A stretch of 32,000 bases of DNA, from assembly GCF_000020025.1 (NCBI RefSeq), contig NC_010628.1, forward strand, positions 1,650,001 through 1,682,000, written 5' to 3'. Source of the DNA: Nostoc punctiforme PCC 73102 (lineage in GTDB: Bacteria; Cyanobacteriota; Cyanobacteriia; Cyanobacteriales; Nostocaceae). Positions 26,401 to 32,000 of the stretch are shown piece after piece (the stretch's first letter is position 1; each line of letters begins with the position of its first letter). The notes beneath the pieces are model-generated. The model worked only from the letters and a program-made list of their open reading frames with translations, searched no databases and had not been told where the DNA came from. Both the position numbers and the translations under genes were made by a program.

Positions 26401-28032
26401 ATGCAAATGATTCGTTTTTGGAAAAAACTGAAATTTATTCGATGGGTAATGCTCATATTTATTACATTAATTTGCTTAAATATTTGGCAAATACCTAAAG
26501 CATCTTCGGCAATTGGCCCGGTTTTATATATGGTTCCAAGTTTGAAAAGAATAGGACAAACAGAGAAAATAACAAACACATCATTAAGCAAAATTTATGC
26601 TGCTAAAGGCGAATATGAATCGGTACAATTAGTAATTAAAGCTCCCTCAAGTGGATTGACTAATGTCAATATTTCGGTATCAGATTTACTCGGTTCCAAT
26701 AATCAGATAATTCCGAAAAATAACATAACTCTATATCGGGAACATTATGTTTATGTTAGTCATTCCAGCCCGAATATGAGAGATAATCTTAACCCTCCTC
26801 TGGGCGTTGGTTGGTATCCTGATGGGCTGATACCATTTTTAGATCCAGTAACCCAAAAGCCTCCACTAACAGGTGAATTAAAAGCAGTTCCATTTCGTCT
26901 CCAGTCCCAATATAACCAACCTATTTGGGTGGATGTATTTGTCCCTCGCAATGCTAAATCTGGTGAATATACAGGGAAGTTTATTGTCACAAGCGATCAA
27001 GGAAAGGCTGAAAGTAAAATAGTCTTAAAAGTTTGGAATTTCGAGTTACCTTTAAAGCCTTCGCTGAAGTCTTCTTTTCCATTTTGGTACAACAAAACTA
27101 AGATTGCTAATGAAGAAATGCTCAAGCATAAACTCATGCCTAAGCATATCAACCCGCAGGATCAGCAGGGTTTGGTTCAGCAAGGGCTTGCTTCGGCAAG
27201 TCTTGGTTATTGGAGCGGAGCGGATATCAGTACATGTAAGATGAATTCACTCCCTTCTTTTGAGGAATTCCGAAAAACTGCTGCATCCTATCAGTCGGAT
27301 CTGTTTTTATATAACTACACGGCTGATGAAATTGATCGTTGCCCATCTCTTTTTCAACAGATAAAGCAATGGTCTAGAAATCTGCATTCGGCTGGGGTTT
27401 CTAACCTTGTGACAATGATACCCACACCTGAGCTTTATGACGATGGTTCTGGGACTGGGCGCTCTGCTGTTGATATTTGGGCAATTCTCCCTAAAATGTA
27501 TGAGCAAGCTCCTGATAGAATAGCCAAAGTGCTGCAAAAAGGAGACAAAGTTTGGTCTTACAACACATTAGTGCAAGATGAATACTCTCCTAAGTGGCAG
27601 ATAGATTTTCAACCGATAAACTATAGAATTCAGCCAGGTTTCATTAGTCAAAGTCTGGGATTAACTGGAATTCTGTATTGGCAGGTTGATCTATGGACAA
27701 AAGATCCCTGGCATGATATTCAAACCTATTCTAAAAATAATGGCGATAATTTCCCTGGTGAAGGAATGCTTGTTTATCCTGGCAAACAGGTAGGGCTTCA
27801 AGGAGTCATCCCATCGATGAGACTCAAATGGTTGCGGGATGGAGTTGAGGATTACGAATATATGGAGATTATCAAAAAACTTGGTAGTGGAACTTGGGCA
27901 TTAAATATTGGTCGAACCGTTGGTAAGGATTGGAAAAATTGGACACGCGATACAAATGTACTGGAGTCAGTGCGATCGCAATTGGGAGCAGAAATCGACA
28001 AACTCTCCTTCCTGAAAGCGAATGCTAAATGA
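26401..28032 (+). CDS. Secreted or membrane-anchored DUF4091/GH123-like putative glycoside hydrolase, 543 aa
   Basis: N-terminal anchor FIRWVMLIFITLICLNIW. Motifs AAKGEYESVQLVI, IWVDVFVPRNAKSGEYTGKFIV, LKVWNFELP and the C-terminal GEGMLVYPG...PSMRLKWLRDGVEDYEYMEI match my recollection of DUF4091 proteins. No search was run. Confidence 0.55.
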   Translation: MQMIRFWKKLKFIRWVMLIFITLICLNIWQIPKASSAIGPVLYMVPSLKRIGQTEKITNTSLSKIYAAKGEYESVQLVIKAPSSGLTNVNISVSDLLGSNNQIIPKNNITLYREHYVYVSHSSPNMRDNLNPPLGVGWYPDGLIPFLDPVTQKPPLTGELKAVPFRLQSQYNQPIWVDVFVPRNAKSGEYTGKFIVTSDQGKAESKIVLKVWNFELPLKPSLKSSFPFWYNKTKIANEEMLKHKLMPKHINPQDQQGLVQQGLASASLGYWSGADISTCKMNSLPSFEEFRKTAASYQSDLFLYNYTADEIDRCPSLFQQIKQWSRNLHSAGVSNLVTMIPTPELYDDGSGTGRSAVDIWAILPKMYEQAPDRIAKVLQKGDKVWSYNTLVQDEYSPKWQIDFQPINYRIQPGFISQSLGLTGILYWQVDLWTKDPWHDIQTYSKNNGDNFPGEGMLVYPGKQVGLQGVIPSMRLKWLRDGVEDYEYMEIIKKLGSGTWALNIGRTVGKDWKNWTRDTNVLESVRSQLGAEIDKLSFLKANAK

Positions 28033-28173
28033 GTTTAGTGAGTCATGAATTGGGAGTAGAACAATATTTATAAATCGACAAACTCCCATTTTTTAAAGCA
28101 TTCATTCCAAATCAAACAGATAATTTCAAATACACAAACATTTTTAAATTAGAGTTTATCAGCATAAAAATTT

Positions 28174-29184
28174 ATGATCAAAGTTTTAGTCACAGGTGCC
28201 GCAGGTTTCATTGGTTTTCATCTTAGTCAACGATTACTAGCTAGGGGAAACGAAGTTTTTGGACTAGATAATCTCAATGATTACTATGATGTGAATCTCA
28301 AAAAAGCTCGGTTAGCTAAATTGCAGGATAACTCGAGTTTTAAATTTTACCAGGTCGATTTGGCTGACCGAGAAAGTATGGCTATGCTATTTGCTGAAGA
28401 GGGCTTCGATGTAGTAGCAAATTTAGCGGCACAGCCTGGAGTCCGCTACTCACTCAAAAATCCCCATGCCTACATAGATAGTAATGTAGTCGGTTTTATC
28501 AACGTTTTAGAAGGTTGTCGCCACTCAAGAGTCAAGCACTTAGTCTTCGCTTCATCTAGTTCAGTCTACGGTGCAAATACGAAAGTACCATTTTCTGTAC
28601 ACGACAAGGTAGATCATCCAGTTAGTTTGTATGCTGCTACCAAGAAAGCCAACGAGTTAATGGCTCATACTTATAGCCACTTGTATGGTCTACCGACTAC
28701 CGGACTCCGCTTCTTTACAGTTTATGGGCCGTGGGGTCGTCCAGATATGGCACCATTTTTATTTACCAAAGCAATTTTGGCAGGGGAATCAATTAATGTA
28801 TTTAATTATGGTCAAATGCGTCGAGATTTTACTTATATTGACGACATCGTTGAGGGTGTTATCCACGTAATAGATAAAATCCCTAAACCAAATTCCAGCT
28901 TGTCAGAAAAGGCGTCCGACTCAGAAATTAGTAATGCTGCTTACAAACTTTATAACATTGGGAATAATCAATCCGTTGAATTAATGCGCTTCATCGAAGT
29001 TATAGAAAACTGTTTGGGCATGAAAGCAGAAAAGAATCTACTGCCCATGCAACCTGGGGACGTACCTGTTACTTATGCAGATGTTGATGATCTTGCAACA
29101 GATGTGGGTTTTAGACCTAATACACCAATTGAGGTAGGAGTTGAACGCTTCGTCAGTTGGTATCGTTCTTATTACCAAGTTTAA
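28174..29184 (+). CDS. NAD-dependent SDR epimerase, most like UDP-glucuronate 4-epimerase (CapI/WbnF/LpsL type), 336 aa
   Basis: VLVTGAAGFIGFHL (Rossmann motif), GLDNLNDYYD, SSSSVYG, the catalytic YAATKKANE, RFFTVYGPWGRPDMA and NIGNNQSVEL. This pattern is typical of the uronate 4-epimerase subgroup. Confidence 0.8.
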   Translation: MIKVLVTGAAGFIGFHLSQRLLARGNEVFGLDNLNDYYDVNLKKARLAKLQDNSSFKFYQVDLADRESMAMLFAEEGFDVVANLAAQPGVRYSLKNPHAYIDSNVVGFINVLEGCRHSRVKHLVFASSSSVYGANTKVPFSVHDKVDHPVSLYAATKKANELMAHTYSHLYGLPTTGLRFFTVYGPWGRPDMAPFLFTKAILAGESINVFNYGQMRRDFTYIDDIVEGVIHVIDKIPKPNSSLSEKASDSEISNAAYKLYNIGNNQSVELMRFIEVIENCLGMKAEKNLLPMQPGDVPVTYADVDDLATDVGFRPNTPIEVGVERFVSWYRSYYQV

Positions 29185-29232
29185 ATATCAAAAGAGCAAC
29201 TCTCTAGTTTTCTTATAAATTTCCTCTCAAAG

Positions 29233-30450
29233 ATGGACAAAAAATCTTCGGTTTCTCCCTTACCTACCAAAGCTTTAAGCGATGATAAAAATTCTCCAAT
29301 TACTGTTTGGCACATTGGCGGCGAAGATATACGTCTTCGTATTCCCCTGTTGCTAAAACTGCGAGAGAAAGGTTTCAATGTTGGGGCGGTGGGATCTGAA
29401 GATGGAAATGCTTTTGCAGATAATCAGATTCCATATTTTCGATATACTTTAGAACGTGGAATAAACCCCTGGGCTGATATATACACTCGCAGCCAACTGT
29501 CGGCTTTATTTAGACAACATCAGCCAGATATTGTTCATAGTTTTGATACTAAACCTGCTATGATTGCACCCATTGTGGCAATGAAGACCGGAATTCCTGG
29601 ACGGGTGCGAACTATAACTGGAATGGGTTATGTCTTTTCTTCCACATCGACCTTAGCACTTGCCCTCAGACCAATATATCGTCACCTTCAAAGGCAGGCT
29701 GCGATCGCAACAGGGATAACTATATTTCAAAATCCTGACGATCGCGAATATTTCTGCAAACACAAAATGGTACTAGATGGGCGGGATGATTTAGTTTTAG
29801 GATCGGGTATTGATGTAGAAGGACTGATGAAAAACTCCGCCGAACCAGAAAAACTGGCAGCAACACGACGGGAGTTAGGACTAGAAGGGCAGCTTGTAGT
29901 CACAATGATCTCACGTCTTGTCATCTCCAAGGGTGTGAGAGAATATCTTCAGGTGGCTAGCATTGTCTGCCAGCAAATGAAAAATGTAACGTTTCTCTTA
30001 ATCGGTTCTGTATCTTCTGAAGGTGGACAAGCCATACCCATACAAGAAATTCACCAACAAGCCGGGGTTGTTCGCTATCTTGGGCCTCGCAATGATATAC
30101 CAACACTGTTGAACTTAAGCGATGTATTTGTGTTGCCGAGTTATTACCGTGAAGGAGTACCAAGGGTTTTGTTAGAGGCTGCGACGATGGAACTCCCTTT
30201 AATTACAACTGATATGCCTGGTTGTAAAGAAGTTGTAAAAGATGGCTGGAATGGTTTGCTAGTTCCTCCCAGAGATACCAAAGCTTTAGCTACAGCGATT
30301 TTAAAACTTCTAAATTCTCCAGAACAAAGAAACCTCATGGGAAAACGAAGTAGGGTACACGTTCAGACGAACTTCAGTCTTAACCAAGTAGCAGATGCTT
30401 ATGCTGATATTTATAACCGGGTTTTAAAGCTGCCAAAAACATTGAAATAA
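29233..30450 (+). CDS. Glycosyltransferase family 4, 405 aa
   Basis: GT-B architecture with the C-terminal PSYYREGVPRVLLEAATMELPLITTDMPGCKE (E-x7-E region). Confidence 0.8.
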   Translation: MDKKSSVSPLPTKALSDDKNSPITVWHIGGEDIRLRIPLLLKLREKGFNVGAVGSEDGNAFADNQIPYFRYTLERGINPWADIYTRSQLSALFRQHQPDIVHSFDTKPAMIAPIVAMKTGIPGRVRTITGMGYVFSSTSTLALALRPIYRHLQRQAAIATGITIFQNPDDREYFCKHKMVLDGRDDLVLGSGIDVEGLMKNSAEPEKLAATRRELGLEGQLVVTMISRLVISKGVREYLQVASIVCQQMKNVTFLLIGSVSSEGGQAIPIQEIHQQAGVVRYLGPRNDIPTLLNLSDVFVLPSYYREGVPRVLLEAATMELPLITTDMPGCKEVVKDGWNGLLVPPRDTKALATAILKLLNSPEQRNLMGKRSRVHVQTNFSLNQVADAYADIYNRVLKLPKTLK

Positions 30451-30487
30451 TAAATAATTTGATAATTTTTCTTCTAATGAGACTTAT

Positions 30488-31183
30488 ATGACTAGCGAAA
30501 TTGAAGCAATCCGTCAACGTTATCATCGCCGTCAGCAAATCCCTGAAGCGTTTTTATACGATCCATTGAATCCATCTCGTCATATGCTTTATCAAGAAAA
30601 GCGTCAAGCATTGATTCGTTGGATTAATTGGGCTAATCTAGCCCCAGTTCAAGACAAACGTCTACTAGAAATTGGTTGTGGTAATGGAAATAACCTGAGC
30701 CTATTTATGTCTTTGGGTTTTCAACCAGAGAACTTAGTAGGAAATGAATTGATCGAAGACTATGCAGTAAATGCACGCCGTTTACTTCCAACAGGAACTC
30801 AAATTTTAGTTGGTGATGCGTCGACTCTGAATTTAGAAGAAAATTCGTTTGATATTGTTTTTCAATCAACGGTTTTCACTTCAATTCTAGATCCTAAATT
30901 TCAGCAAAAATTAGCCAATCGTATGTGGTCGATGGTTAAACCTGGAGGAGGTATACTTTGGTATGACTTTATCTTCAATAACCCGAAAAATCCTGATGTC
31001 AAAGGCGTTACTAAAAGACAAATTCATCAGCTATTTCCCAATGGAGATATCAAAACTTGGCAATTATGTTTAGCGCCTCCCATTAGTCGCCAAGTTACTA
31101 AAATTCATCCCAGTCTTTATAATGTTTTTAATTTATTTCCCTTTCTGCGGACTCATGTCTTGTGTTGGATTACCAAGCCATAA
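30488..31183 (+). CDS. Class I SAM-dependent methyltransferase, 231 aa
   Basis: Motif I LLEIGCGNGNNL, an acidic post-I residue (GNELIED) and motif II-like FDIVFQSTVF. Confidence 0.8.
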   Translation: MTSEIEAIRQRYHRRQQIPEAFLYDPLNPSRHMLYQEKRQALIRWINWANLAPVQDKRLLEIGCGNGNNLSLFMSLGFQPENLVGNELIEDYAVNARRLLPTGTQILVGDASTLNLEENSFDIVFQSTVFTSILDPKFQQKLANRMWSMVKPGGGILWYDFIFNNPKNPDVKGVTKRQIHQLFPNGDIKTWQLCLAPPISRQVTKIHPSLYNVFNLFPFLRTHVLCWITKP

Positions 31184-31220
31184 TTTTTTCATTCCTTGCT
31201 AATTTTAATTACTACATCCT

Positions 31221-32000
31221 ATGCCAGAATTCATCCCTTTCGCTTTACCTGATATTGGAGAAGAAGAAATTAGTGAGGTTGTTGATTCTTTACGATCTGG
31301 TTGGTTGACTACAGGACCTAAGACCAAACGTTTTGAGCAATATTTTGCAGATTTCATTGGTTCTGGAGTAGAAGCGATCGCAGTTAATTCTGCCACATCA
31401 GGGTTACATCTCGCTCTGGAAGCATTGGGAATTGGTCCCGGAGATGAAGTAATTACCACAGTCCACACCTTCACGGCTACAGCAGAAGTGATTCGTTACT
31501 TAGGAGCCAATCCAGTCTTTGTTGATATTAATTTAGCTACTCTCAACATTGATGCTAGCAAAATTGAGGCTGCTATTACTCCCCGCACTAAAGCCATCAT
31601 GCCTGTCCATTTTGGTGGACTTGCTTGTGATATGCAATCAATTTTAACAATTGCCCAAAAGCATCAATTGAAAGTAGTTGAAGATGCTGCCCATGCTATC
31701 CCGACAACCTATCAGGGTAAGTTGATTGGTAGCTTAGATAGTGATGTCACCGTCTATAGCTTTTATGCAACCAAAACCATTGCTACAGGTGAAGGGGGTA
31801 TGCTAGTAACCCGTAACCCGGAAATAGCTCAAAGATGCCGAACTATGCGCTTACATGGCATCAATCGAGATGCTTTCGATCGCTATACCTCAACTAAACC
31901 CTCATGGTATTACGAGGTAGTTGCACCAGGCTTCAAATATAATATGACAGATGTCGCGGCTTCTCTTGGTATCCATCAATTGAAGAAAGCCAAGACACTA
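31221..32000 (+). CDS. DegT/DnrJ/EryC1/StrS-family PLP sugar aminotransferase (PglE/WecE/ArnB-like), 3'-partial
   Basis: My own translation from the ATG at 31221 gives 260 codons open to the window edge. The ORF lacks an in-window stop, which probably explains its absence from the ORF track. Sequence: [17 protein letters not shown]..., [33 protein letters not shown] and the PLP-lysine context [14 protein letters not shown]. Confidence 0.9.
   Translation, partial: MPEFIPFALPDIGEEEISEVVDSLRSGWLTTGPKTKRFEQYFADFIGSGVEAIAVNSATSGLHLALEALGIGPGDEVITTVHTFTATAEVIRYLGANPVFVDINLATLNIDASKIEAAITPRTKAIMPVHFGGLACDMQSILTIAQKHQLKVVEDAAHAIPTTYQGKLIGSLDSDVTVYSFYATKTIATGEGGMLVTRNPEIAQRCRTMRLHGINRDAFDRYTSTKPSWYYEVVAPGFKYNMTDVAASLGIHQLKKAKTL

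Noticed and set aside
26143-26591. Two minus-strand ORFs of 72 and 77 aa between the ATP-grasp and DUF4091 genes.
   Set aside because: They are AT-rich and low-complexity. One overlaps the start of the DUF4091 gene. No motifs were seen.
31205-31474. An 89-aa minus-strand ORF.
   Set aside because: It is antisense to the strongly supported DegT-type aminotransferase frame, which starts at 31221.

Overview
The window looks like chromosomal DNA from a filamentous, probably heterocystous (Nostocales-type) cyanobacterium. This is inferred from many GCGATCGC (HIP1) octamers, a heptameric STRR-like tandem repeat at 33-74, GC-rich hairpin modules in AT-rich spacers, and gene content. No searches could be run; product calls rest on motif recognition in the supplied translations.

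Layout:
- Minus-strand block, 73-10058: a small secreted protein, gltX, tRNA-Asp(GUC) with a terminator, two tandem paralogous Ser/Thr kinases, a phytase-like secreted protein and a TM0106-type RecB-like nuclease.
- The downstream kinase is cleanly bisected by an intact 1182-bp IS4-type element. The IS has 21-bp imperfect inverted repeats and a perfect 9-bp target duplication.
- Central plus-strand segment, 10.3-13.4 kb: a HIT-family gene remnant, a class V aminotransferase, a MITE-like nested inverted repeat and a GT-B glycosyltransferase.
- A 1.3-kb non-coding leader (13352-14674) contains three phased 20-bp repeats.
- A co-directional polysaccharide cluster of at least 13 genes runs from 14675 past the window end. 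In order: CapD/PglF-like dehydratase, MurJ-family flippase, GT4, GT4, Wzy-like polymerase, GT4, AsnB-like amidotransferase, ATP-grasp ligase, DUF4091/GH123-like secreted protein, UDP-GlcA 4-epimerase-like SDR, GT4, SAM methyltransferase, DegT-type aminotransferase.

The most interesting candidates:
- An apparently uncharacterised C-terminal domain of about 140-180 aa shared by the two kinases.
- The AsnB plus ATP-grasp plus DUF4091 core of the polysaccharide cluster, which suggests an unusual amidated or aminoacylated uronic-acid polymer.
- The repeat-bearing leader upstream of the cluster.

No CRISPR array, rRNA or recognisable defence system was seen.
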